Shown here piece after piece: positions 40,601 through 51,016 of a stretch of 64,000 nucleotides of DNA. This DNA is from Dipteris shenzhenensis. Its lineage: Eukaryota. The position numbers and the translations under genes were made by a program. How positions within the stretch are numbered: position 1 is the stretch's first letter; every line of letters begins with the position of its first letter. The notes beneath the pieces were generated by a model. That model saw nothing but the letters and a program-made list of their open reading frames with translations, did not search any database and was not told the origin of the DNA. The stretch lies in assembly GCA_047967505.1 (NCBI GenBank), contig CM106538.1. The stretch is one strand, 5' to 3'.

Positions 40601-42808
40601 GTGGTATTGTGAGGTATGCTTACTATCAAATCGCATTGATTGCATTTTCTTCAATTTAAACTGAATAATTTGTAGGCTGATTATGAATATATCTTACATG
40701 GGCATGTGAAATAGGTGGATATCTCAAAAAGAGATCTCCATATCGAGCATCGAGAAGGCTAGGGTGGAATCCATCGAAGCCGTATGCTTGCTTGAAAAGC
40801 ACTTTCCCTCGAGCATTATGACAACGCAAGTGCACTTGTTTGTGCACAGAGTTGATGAGGTGGCCATTATAGGTACCGTTCATAGTCGGTGGATGTTCTT
40901 TCTCAAGCAATTTATGAAAATTTTGAAGGCATTTGTAAGACAAAGAGCAAGACCAGAAGCAAGCATGGTAGAGGGATGGCTTGTGCAAGAGTCATTAGTA
41001 TATATCACGGAGTTTCTTGCATCCATGGATCTTGATATGGCTTGGCATAACAAGAATGATGATCGCATCATTGACGAGGTTCCCCAAGGAAAAGGGATTG
41101 AAAGAAAGATGAGCGAAGAGAAAATGGAGAAATTCAATAAGTTTTGTATCCTCAATAGCAAGGAGATGCAGAAATGGATTGAGAGATATGAAGTAGCCAA
41201 AGTAGAAAGAACAAATGCAAGGATGAGATTCAGGGTAATGTACAGGCGATCGCAACCATATCCATGGGATCTCACCCTTCTCCCTACTCACATGTCACTT
41301 ATGGCTACAACTGGCTCTACGTAAAGTGAATGCGATGGAGAGGCAATAAACGAGCACGAGCAAGAGTTATCATTTGGATGTATGATGCATGTAAGTTTCT
41401 TACCTCTTGACATAATTAAGTAATTATTTGTGGCAATATATGCTATAAAATAGATGCATCTTCATTGCTCTTTTACAGTACAAAAAGTACAGTGCATTAT
41501 GGTCATATGGATGACATTTTTGCGTGGAACGCATCGATTCAAAGAGAGTTACATATGATTGTGGAGTCATGGCTAACTTCACACAAGATAGCCGAGCAAG
41601 TGCTTTGGATATGAATCTTCTCTCCTCACAGTTGGATTATTGTGGAACCATACACGAAATCTATGAAATTAATTTCAAACTATTTAGTATTTTCATTCTT
41701 GATGTAAAATTGTTTAGAACTATTTACAACGGTCCCCATGCAACGATGAAAAAAGACAGTAGCGGTTTCTTTGCAATAGACTCCACCAAACTTTAGACTG
41801 ATGAAAGTGATACTTTTGTTCTTCCCAAGCACTGTGAGTAGGTGCATACTAATGATTTAATTAATCGAAGCTTTCATTTTTAAAGATCCATTGATACATG
41901 TACTTAAGCATAATTTCATATATATAATTGATGGCATTTGGCACCCATCTTCAATCACCATGAAGTAAGCAAATTTTTGAAGATAGAGATTTGTATATGG
42001 AGATGCCACTACCAATGCCGAATTCAATTGATCCAGATGGATCTAGCAAAGAAGATGATCACAATATGAGCCAAGAGGAAGATGCACATAATGACATCGT
42101 ACGGGAGGAAGATGGAGATCACGGTATTGAGGAAGAAGATGACGATCATCAAGAATCACCACACCTTATTGAAGAAGATAATCAAGTACTCTTAGGTGAA
42201 TGTACAATGCTAGAGTACGATGATGATATAGGAGATCAACTCGGTATAGAGTTAGAGATAGACTTGTTTGGCGTGTTAGACTTGGCTCAGGATGAAGCCA
42301 TTGATGTAAATGCTCTTCATTGATTTTTTTCATCTCAAACTTGGACATGAATATATGAGCTTCAAAGACTTGATGTACATGCTCTTGTACTTTTATTCTC
42401 TCAAAGGATCAAACATATATGAAAATGAAAAAAAATATATCATTGGGAAAAACTATCTTTTAAGGTCGGTATGGGAAAAAACACTCTTTGTAAAATGTCG
42501 CTATAGGAAACTGTCTCAGTGTCACTATATAATGACCATTCACAATCTGATAAGGGTCACTATATAGCGACTTTAGGCAAGCATCGCTATATAGGAAACT
42601 ATCTCAGTGTCACTATATAACGACCATTCACAATCTGGTAAGGGTCACTCTATAGCGACTTTAGGCAAACGTCACTATATAGTGACGTTTTCCTAGAGTC
42701 GCTATATAGCGACCCTTAATGAATCCCACTTTTAATACCGATGATTAGCACCCATGCATGCTAAACATCGGTACTTAAGCGTCGCAATAGGGTCCATGTG
42801 TAGTAGTG
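37690..42808 (+). mobile_element. Degenerate CACTA/EnSpm transposon with near-complete TnpD (~37850-42330)
   Basis: LRHFPIIARIQHMF, REPRNLHLGLAMDGMNPF, WPIVLVNYNIPPW, DVYMAPLIEEL, GLKSHDWH, VHSRWMFFLKQFMK, DYCGTIHEIYEINF. Palindromic tcgctatatagcga subterminal arrays at 37690-37820 and 42495-42715. Right terminus ...GTAGTAGTG at 42808. The left terminus may lie further out at 33667 (cat|cactgcaac, matching a 3-bp TSD cat). Confidence 0.88.
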
Positions 42809-42825
42809 CATCTAGACAGCTTGTA

Positions 42826-43650
42826 TAGAGGTTCAGGTGAGATAATCTTTGAAACAATGCAACACAGTGATTATGACGAGATTTATTTGTTAATGATGTA
42901 ACTTTGAAGAAATAGTTAGTTCGTAGGTCATTTTGTGTAGTGTTGTTGTTTGGTTTTATTACATGGTTTGAAAATGTTGAAAGATTTGTTTGTTTTGATA
43001 GAAATTTCATGAGAAATCAGTCTTTTCCACTCTTACTATCAATAGTTTTCTACAAAATATTGCTTGAAATAGATTTTGAGATGTTTGGGAGCAAATAATT
43101 TATTTTGAAGCAAGAACCATCAAATTCAGCATTCGCAGAACACATTTGGGACCACTAGGAGGGAAAATTTTGATCACAATTTTCTTTTAAAGAACCTTGC
43201 TCCAAGAATCAGGTACTCTTCATTCATGTAGTTTTAGAATGTTTTTAGTTTTGAACTCAAATTAGGGTCTATCAAAGCAACTTATATGGAGATTCAGGTG
43301 AGAAAACCTTTAGAACAATGCAAGACGTTGAAAATAACGAGATTTTATGATGCAACTTTGAAGAAGCAGTTAATTTGTAGTTTGTTTTGGTAATTGTGTT
43401 GTTTTCTTTTAATACATGACTTAAAGAGGAGAAAAGATTTGTTTGTTTTGGAAGATACACTCTTACTATTGAGGCTTTTTACAGAAGATGGTTTGAAATA
43501 GATTTGGAGTCTTTTCGAAGCATATAGTTAGTTTTGGAGAAAATTTCATCAATTTCAGCATCCTTGATTACGAGAGGGACCATTGAGGACAACAAGTTTG
43601 ATCACGTTTTTCTTTCAAAGATCCCTGTGAGGTATTGTTCATTCACATAG
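42826..43650. repeat. Two diverged ~450-bp direct repeats
   Basis: ttcaggtgaga...aacaatgcaa...atgatgyaactttgaagaa...tttgatcac..ttttcttt occurs at ~42830-43240 and again at ~43290-43650. Confidence 0.7.
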
Positions 43651-43819
43651 TTTAATAGTATTTGATGATAAGTATTTTTTTTTTTGAATTTATAGATTTC
43701 AATCATTAGATTTTGCATGCAATTGGGGTTTTCATTTTTGCTTGGTTTGATACTTTTCTAAAACGTGTCATGTTTGTATATTGTTTGTTGATGCCAATGT
43801 TATATTATATTAGGTGGAA

Positions 43820-46619
43820 AGTATATGAAAACATGCAAGGCCCTCAGAATTCAAAAAAGAAGGATATCAATTTTCAAATTAATGCATAGAATGCATCATT
43901 TTTAAAGAGGAATGAATCCTCCTTAGTAAGTGAGTGACTTAGTAGCTCTTCAAAATCAAGGAAAAACACATATGGATTTGTGGTTAGAAGGAAAAATATA
44001 TCTAGTAGATCCACAAACTTATTAGACTCCTCTATTTCATGGATTGACCAGCTTGATAAAGTTTCTATGTAAGGGTGAGAATGGTTTGTTAGGATATTGT
44101 GGAAGGTTGATTGGTCATGGAGCAAGTAGCCTTCACACCCAATATCAATCTTTGCTTAAGGAAAGAGACAAAATAATTGCAATGTTGGAGGCCTAGAATC
44201 AACATTTGGTATCATCTATGCAAGCTACAAGTGTTCAAATGTCTGCATATGATGGCATAGAGAAAAAAAAAAGGAGTTACAAGTAAAGGTTCAAACATCA
44301 GATGCTCAATTGGGAGAGAGCACTATAAATGCAATTCACTTATAGATGCAAAACACGGCTCTTAAGGATGAGATCAAAACGTTAGAAAAAAAATTATCAT
44401 TCATGAAGGATACTCCAATGGGTCCAAGACTACGTAAGAGTAAATTGCATCAATGGGTGAAATATCTAAGAAAAGTGGTCATTGGAAGCGTCGAGTGAGA
44501 ACTTGTAGGAGTGTTTCAGAACTCATGTCTATCCATGATGAACACTATGGTGCTATGTTTACAAAAAAAATATTTGGAGTCTATTATACAACATCCAAAA
44601 TTCAAAAGTCTAAAATCAGAGATACCATTTAAGTCAATGAACAAAGTTGTGGAGCATTTCAATGCAACTAGTGCACAGGGAGTTTGTGATATTGTAGGGA
44701 TAAGTACAAGGGCATAGTGGCTCATATTTAAGAGCTTAAAAACATCATATCTTTCTATGGGAGCAAAATTTAAAGCCCTACTTCCTAAACCGACTGATGT
44801 TGATAAGGCCAAACATGCACTCAATTTAGGCATACTTGATTTAGTCAGTGAGCCCTAGCATGTATGTAGTACACTAATTTAAAAAACAAAGGCTGGAGAG
44901 TCTAAAGAATTGGAATTAACAGTCAATAACAACTTTGTGATGGATGTTCGAAGAGTTTTGCAAGCCATGATGAAGTTTTATGATATGCCTATGGAGGAAT
45001 GCAATGGTACTCTAAATATTGTACTAAAGCTTGATAAAAGTGAGGTGGTCAAAGGTCAAAATTTAAAAAGAGTTAGTTTGACAATGATGAATAGAATACT
45101 GGACCTTGAAGTTGAGCTTGATGATGCAAGGTAGTTCAGTGTGCAATCAAAACAGAAGATTTGGTGGTTGGCTACCTTTGAGGTATGATGGAAATTTGAA
45201 TTTTAATGCAGTAACGTAAAAAAACTTAGAATATTTTAAAATAACATGAGTTTTTTTGCAAGTACCAAAAGAGTCACATTCAATTTTGAAGTGGTTTTTT
45301 TACCAAACCGATATCCCAAGTGTGATCAAAGGTTGTAACAATGGTGAGCTCCTTAAAGTTGAGGGCTATGGATCCTACCATGTGGAATGGCATGTAGCTG
45401 CTAACCTCAAGACTATTAAATGTATGTTTAATGTGGCACATGGAGAAAATACAAGCATCCTTATCTACTATGCATGCAAATGAGAGTACCTACAAAGTGT
45501 GGTAAAAGGAATCAAAAGCAATGGGCCTCTGAGCTTGTAGAGATAGATCAAACTAAGGCACCAGATAGGGATGCTCTAGGGAAAGATCCATCATTGAGCA
45601 CAATTCTTGAAATTCCTCTTGAGCGAGTACACATATGTGCACTTCATGCTATTCTGAGAATAATTGAAAAGTTGGTGCATCTATACATCATTGATGCATA
45701 TAACTTGAAGCCCCAACAAGAGAGTGACAGGATGATTGCAAGAATCGAAAAGGTTCTTTCAGATATGGGACTACACTTAGGGCAAGTAAAGATTACAAAA
45801 AATGAGAAAATATCTCCAAAAACAAGCAATGTTCCTTGTAAGTCAAGCTTTGGCGTATCAACGCTTTAAAATTCCCTTACGCAAAGAAGAAAAATGACAA
45901 GCTCAAACGTGCTAATGAGTTTGATGTATGGAGAAAGTTACACAATGCCTGTTATGAACGAGGGGGGAAGGGACAAAAAAGATTAGAAAAGGCTCGAGTG
46001 TGGTTAGCTCTTGATAACTTGGTACCTTCACTACAAAAGAAAAGATTCAAAGATGATGATGCACAGCGTTTCATCAATGAAGTGAATAACTTTAGCCGGA
46101 ATATGGAGATAGCTTAGGGAAAGAAACATTTCACACAATACATGGTAATCTACATTGAGATGTGCATATTGAATGGTCCTATAATTACTAATTTGTTTTT
46201 CTATTTGGCAGCGCATTTTATATGCTCATGCACCATACATGGCATGGAATTATGGAACAATCAGAGAGTGTTCCACTCAGGGCAGGGAGAGATCGCATTG
46301 GCAAGCATGTTGTGCATATAACAAAGTGACCCAACATGGGGGTGGTAGAATTAAGTCAAGCCCAATGGTTCAATTGCTTCAATGGTGGTACAGGCATATC
46401 AAAATAAGAGCAGCTACAACACTAGCATTCAAAGAGTCCTTAGTGTCCCATGCAGTGCAAGATGTTAAGGCGAAATGTAGAAGAAGAATATACAACTCAT
46501 CAAATGCAAGACAGAATCATGCAAGGTGGCATGCAACCCATCATATAAAAGGACGCATATGGGTGGAGATAGATGAAAATGATGGTGTAGACTCTTCCAA
46601 TGTGGATGCCCATGCATAA
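43820..46619 (+). mobile_element. Degenerate DDE transposase of the Chapaev/Transib/RAG1-like (CMC-related) type, spliced
   Basis: N-terminal coiled-coil, then NIVLKLD (first D), WHVAANLKTIKCMF (second D degraded to N), IPLERVHICALHAILRI (LH motif) and TQYM|RILYAHAPYMAWNYGTIRECSTQGRERSH (H-x4-H with the first H mutated, then the catalytic E). These parallel RAG1/Transib ...LH... and TNYFHKTLAH...GSIGAWASEGNE. GT-AG introns near 45183-45261 and 46145-46211. Confidence 0.7.
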
Positions 46620-46800
46620 GTTTCAGAATTTCTTTGTCATTTTAATTGTGTGATTTGCAGTAAAGCCAACATATAATGGCCATGAGTTTTAGTAAAAATA
46701 AGAAATTTTGAGTTATTGGATGTTAATTATAAGTATTTAGCTCAAGGTTGCACAAATTTTATTTTTTTAGAGTTTTTATTAAAAAATAAGTATTTTTAAA

Positions 46801-46836
46801 AATTAGGGTTGTGGGCCCTATATAAAAGAATGGGCC
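46801..46836 (+). promoter_or_regulatory. Compact promoter of the H3-like gene: telo-box-like motif, two site II (TGGGCC) motifs and TATA
   Basis: aattagggtt-g-tgggcc-c-tatataaaa-gaa-tgggcc, about 110 bp upstream of the ATG at 46939. Confidence 0.55.
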
Positions 46837-46938
46837 CTCATTTTCATTTCATTATTTAAAGAGCTCTCCACTCCCACACCACCTCCCACTTGCCCCTGAC
46901 ATTTCCACCCTTTCTCTTGCACACTCTCTCCATCTTCC

Positions 46939-47725
46939 ATGGCCAAGCCCAAGATCAAGGCACCAAGGAGACTGGCACATCAAGACTCGCCTCCAAACTC
47001 AGAGACAGAGAGTTATATCCCCCCCTTCTCCCCCCGATGATCCCCATCAAAGGGAGAAACTACCATTTCAGAGGCTAGAGAGGGGGCAAGGGGAAGGCCC
47101 ATAGACAGAGGGACAAAGGAACGCACAAGAGGATCATGATGCAGAGGCTGATGACTTAGAGAGCACAGAGGAGGAGCATAACAAAGAGCAACATCAAAGG
47201 ATAGAGCAAAGGACCAAGTCAAGAGCAGAGAATCAGCATCCACGGCCACGGGGGAGAGGACACCCAAATCTAGGTCTAGGGAAAAGAGGCCCTCCACATC
47301 CAGGAGAAGGCCTTCCACATCAAGAGCAAAGAGGCCCTCCTCCAGTGTGGCGATACAGGTTCAAGCCGGGGACTGTGGCACTTTGGGAAATCAGAAAGCT
47401 TAAAAAATATATCAATCTAGTCATCTCGATGGCAAACTTCGCAAGGGTGGTATGCAAGGTCATGCAGGACCTCAACAATAGCCCCATGTCCTGGTATTAT
47501 AGGCGTGGAGTTGTGGAGGCTTCATGGCATATTTCTAGAGACGCCTTGCTTGCCATGCAATATGCAGCTGAGGCCTATCTAGAAGACCTCATGGATGACA
47601 CCCAGTTGGCTACAATCCATAGGAAAAGGGTCACTGTGACTGCCAAAGACATGCAGTTTATTGCCCGCTTAGAAAGCCCAAGGGCACTTAGGGATTTCGT
47701 ATATCCGCCTTGGGAGATAGTTAGA
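46939..47725 (+). pseudogene. Intronless divergent histone H3 variant (CENH3-like architecture), transposon-associated
   Basis: Starts MAKPKIKAPRR, followed by a ~135-codon R/S/K-rich tail with TGA/TAA stops and one frameshift near 47340. The histone fold reads RFKPGTVALWEIRK...NFARVVCKVMQD-[long loop 1]-SRDALLAMQYAAEAYLEDLMDDTQLATIHRKRVTVTAKDMQFIARL. The 3' end is uncertain (the ORF runs to 47866). Confidence 0.88.
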
Positions 47726-48076
47726 ATTCATGTACTCTACCTTTGGGCATCAGTCTTGTATCAACCTCTTTTCAATATAATAAAGTGTCTTTTTTTGCAT
47801 TGTCTTTGTATGTGCAATCTCAAATTTGTTTCTATTGTATCTGCAAATTGTATCTGCAATCTATAATTTACTTACATGCAATCTCAATTTACTTACATGC
47901 AAAATGAAATAATAAACATCAAATCTCAATGGAACATGCAAAAGGAAATCATACTCAATTTTACTTAACATGCAAATGGAAACAATGTTCCATAACAAAT
48001 AAGAAAATAATTTGAAAATTGTATTCTTTATTGACATAGATTGGTATTACAAAGAGCATCCACTTTAAGGCACAAG

Positions 48077-48454
48077 TTACTCTAGTTTGCACTTCTTCTT
48101 GCTTGGTTCAGATCCCTTTTTTGCTTGCGGAAGAAGAGAGAGTTGCACAATTTCATTCTCTATAGCCTGGGGATCTGTAATACCAGCTAGCCTTGCAATA
48201 GCTATGATGCTATGGAGAGGACCGGATCGTGTGTTTGAGAACAAACACAACCGGACCCACAATAGGACGGATGGCCCTCATCTTCACCATCCAACTAAGG
48301 ACCCTAAACTTCATAATATTCAGCTTTCCATTCGACGATAATTGTCGATGGAAGACCAAAATCTGTTGAGCCACTCTGTTAATGTAATGTACGATCAAAG
48401 CCATCCCTCCACCACAAGACCCTCTAGTTCCACCCTTGCATCAAACATATTCAT
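48077..48454 (-). pseudogene. ~125-aa ORF convergent with the H3-like gene, ending in an NLS-like motif
   Basis: One frame from ATG 48454 to TAA 48077. Its five internal stops are all TGA (CGA decay). C-terminus is EPSKKKCKLE. TATATAA lies about 50 bp upstream (48504-48510, minus). Confidence 0.55.
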
Positions 48455-48548
48455 CAATCCATAATATATCCAGCAACCAACATATCACATCAAAACCTAA
48501 AGCTTATATAAATTAAGAAAACATCATTTTTCAAGAATTAATAATAAT

Positions 48549-48812
48549 TAGGGTTTTCTCGCATAGGAAAAATAATCTATTAAAACAATCATTTATGGGA
48601 GGCCATTGAGGCATAAGTAACTATGTGCATTATTTTTATGCAAAAAAAAACCCTTTCAAACCCTAAATCCGACATCGTGCAAGTAGGACCCAGTTTTTGC
48701 AAAAGTAGGGGGTTTTTTTGCATAAAAATCATGCATGTGGTTACTTATGCGTCAATGGCCTCCAATAAATGATTGTTTTAACATATTATTTTTCTTCTAT
48801 GAGAAAACCCTA
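48549..48812. repeat. Long inverted repeat (foldback): ~105-bp arms, ~55-bp spacer
   Basis: tagggttttctc...aaaacaatcatttat..gaggccattga.gcataagtaac...tttttatgcaaaaaaa..ccc is mirrored at 48710-48812. Partial third arm at 48860-48890. Confidence 0.9.
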
Positions 48813-51016
48813 AACCTAATTGTATCCCCTATGGACTGAATAAAACCATAAACCTGTTATTTTTCCTATGTGAGAAAACCATAACCCTAATTTTTCCACA
48901 AATGGAGTGGAAAGGGCAAGTTAGAGGGGGTTTTGAGAGTGGAGAGTCAAATTTATTCAATTTCAAATGTAGGAATAAAAAATATAATGTATGGTTCAAA
49001 CCCCAACCAAATTTTTTTATTTTAAGCCCAGGCTATCTTGCATCCATGCCAGGCATGTCCATGGAAAAATATGCCCTGGAAGCATGATATTTGACATCGT
49101 GCGACCAAGCGACATCGTAGTTCTCCAGGCCTTGGCTCTTGGGAGAATGGGTGAGGAGAGAGGATGCAAAGCTGGCCAACTTAAAGTCAACCCATGTAGT
49201 TCTCTAGGCCTTGGTCCATTATAACCAAGAGGTTATGGGGTCACTTCGGACTGCCCAATAGACCATTGCCTCCAAACAATAATTAATTATGCACCAAGAA
49301 GAGAGACTTAGGTCTCTTAGCACCATTATTACTGAGTTGCAACAAGCAGATAAGGTAATGCCACGCTTTTCCAATAGGTGGCAACATTGAAGTAGATCCA
49401 AGAATTGATCCATTACCTTAAGAGTCTACCAAAGCATCCAAGCATTCCTCCTAGGTGGAAAGATCCTCAAGATGATAAGGATGCAACTGGACAAGGTGGC
49501 CGAGCTCAATTGGAAGAGCAAATGGATTAGTCATGGATGGCTACAACTATATCTATGATAGCTGCAGAGACCTCAATCACTAGAGTATGGCCTTGAATAG
49601 GAGTGGGAGCTAAACTTTGACAACCACATGATAGCCCAAACTCTACACCTTCTGGATTCTCGTCCCAAACCACATATAGATCGCTTCTCTATGTGGGAGA
49701 GGAATTATTACAAAAGCACACAGACTTCTCCCTTGCACCATTTTGATGTTGAAAACCAATTTCTCTCAAGGGATACAATGCTTGCATATTATAGTGTGGA
49801 AGAACAGGATGACTTGGCATGGACCTCTTTACCATCTATAGGCACTTTGTTTCACAGGTCTAATAGGAGTCGTTTGGTTTAGGAAGCCTTTTTTAATGAA
49901 TACAACAATCCTACCAAATAGGCTCCTGAATACAAATGGGCCACCAATTTTATTTAACAATAAAATAGAAGGCTACTAGATAGTGGGCGGTTTTGTGTGG
50001 GAAAATAGCATAGTATCCCATGACAATGCCATATCTCACAATGGTAAAACTCCTTTCTTATTTTGCACAGATGTTATGGCTGGTCAAGAAGCTACTCAAC
50101 ATCACTCTTCATTAAGGCCTCCACTATGTATCGACATGTTGTAACACTATGTAGGCCTTCTTTTGAGAAGTGGATACAGCCTCCTTCCAGTGTGGTCTAC
50201 TGCTTATGGCTCCTAATTTGAAAATAGGAATTGGATCAGTCTAGACCTTAACCAACCCGTCAGATACTACATTGTTGCATGCTAGAAATATCTGCAAGCC
50301 AAGCCAATTAACATTGGTGGACTATATCCCTAGCCACTGAAGTGTCCAACCAGATGGTAAAATGAGGAATGGTATATCCTCAGACTCTCTCGATGGTCAC
50401 CAGAGTGACCAATGGTTTATGTTAATGGCATCGACCCATGGCCTCCACAATCTTCTTTACCTAGAGAACCTACACCTCTAGGGCAAGCTGTGCTCATTAG
50501 TACCATGGAAGCTCTGCATAGATCATGTACTCTAATTTTGGTCAGGCCACCTTTGGAGCCAATGCAACAGCAAAACTCGCCACACAAAAGCAAGAGATAT
50601 AGTTTTGGCCCCAAATGATGCTATACTAGTGGACCATGCACAATTAAGTAGAGGATAGAACTAATGCTCAAAAAGCTATGAGGACACGGCACAAGCAAAG
50701 CCAAGGCAAATGTTAACCCTTGATTAATTAGTGAATCAAGTCACGTCACCTAAACTCAAAATATGCTAGCTTAGATTGAGACCATGCAGGCAAGCTAGAA
50801 TAGGATTTGGCCCACTCTAATAAGTAGACAATGCACCTCCAAGTTTCTAGGAAAGGTAAAAGGACAAGAGCATCGACAAACCAAGCAATTCAACTGGTTT
50901 GCAAGAATGAGCTTAGCTAGAAGTATGGTTACATGGACCAACTTTTGTGCAAAATAGCTCCTTTCACCTAGCACTACTGAGATACTAACGAGTGCTATAT
51001 AGCACATTGAACTTAG

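Noticed and set aside
42495-42715. Regularly spaced palindromic repeats that superficially resemble a CRISPR array
   Set aside because: Eukaryotic context, and the intervening sequences are themselves repeated; these are CACTA subterminal repeats.
47345-47866. Functional host CENH3 or canonical H3 gene
   Set aside because: No introns, stops and a frameshift in the tail, R>W in ALREIR, and embedded among TE genes; treated as a TE-associated pseudogene.
49200-50800. Possible LINE ORF2 remnant
   Set aside because: Too decayed; no unambiguous RT or zinc-knuckle motif found.
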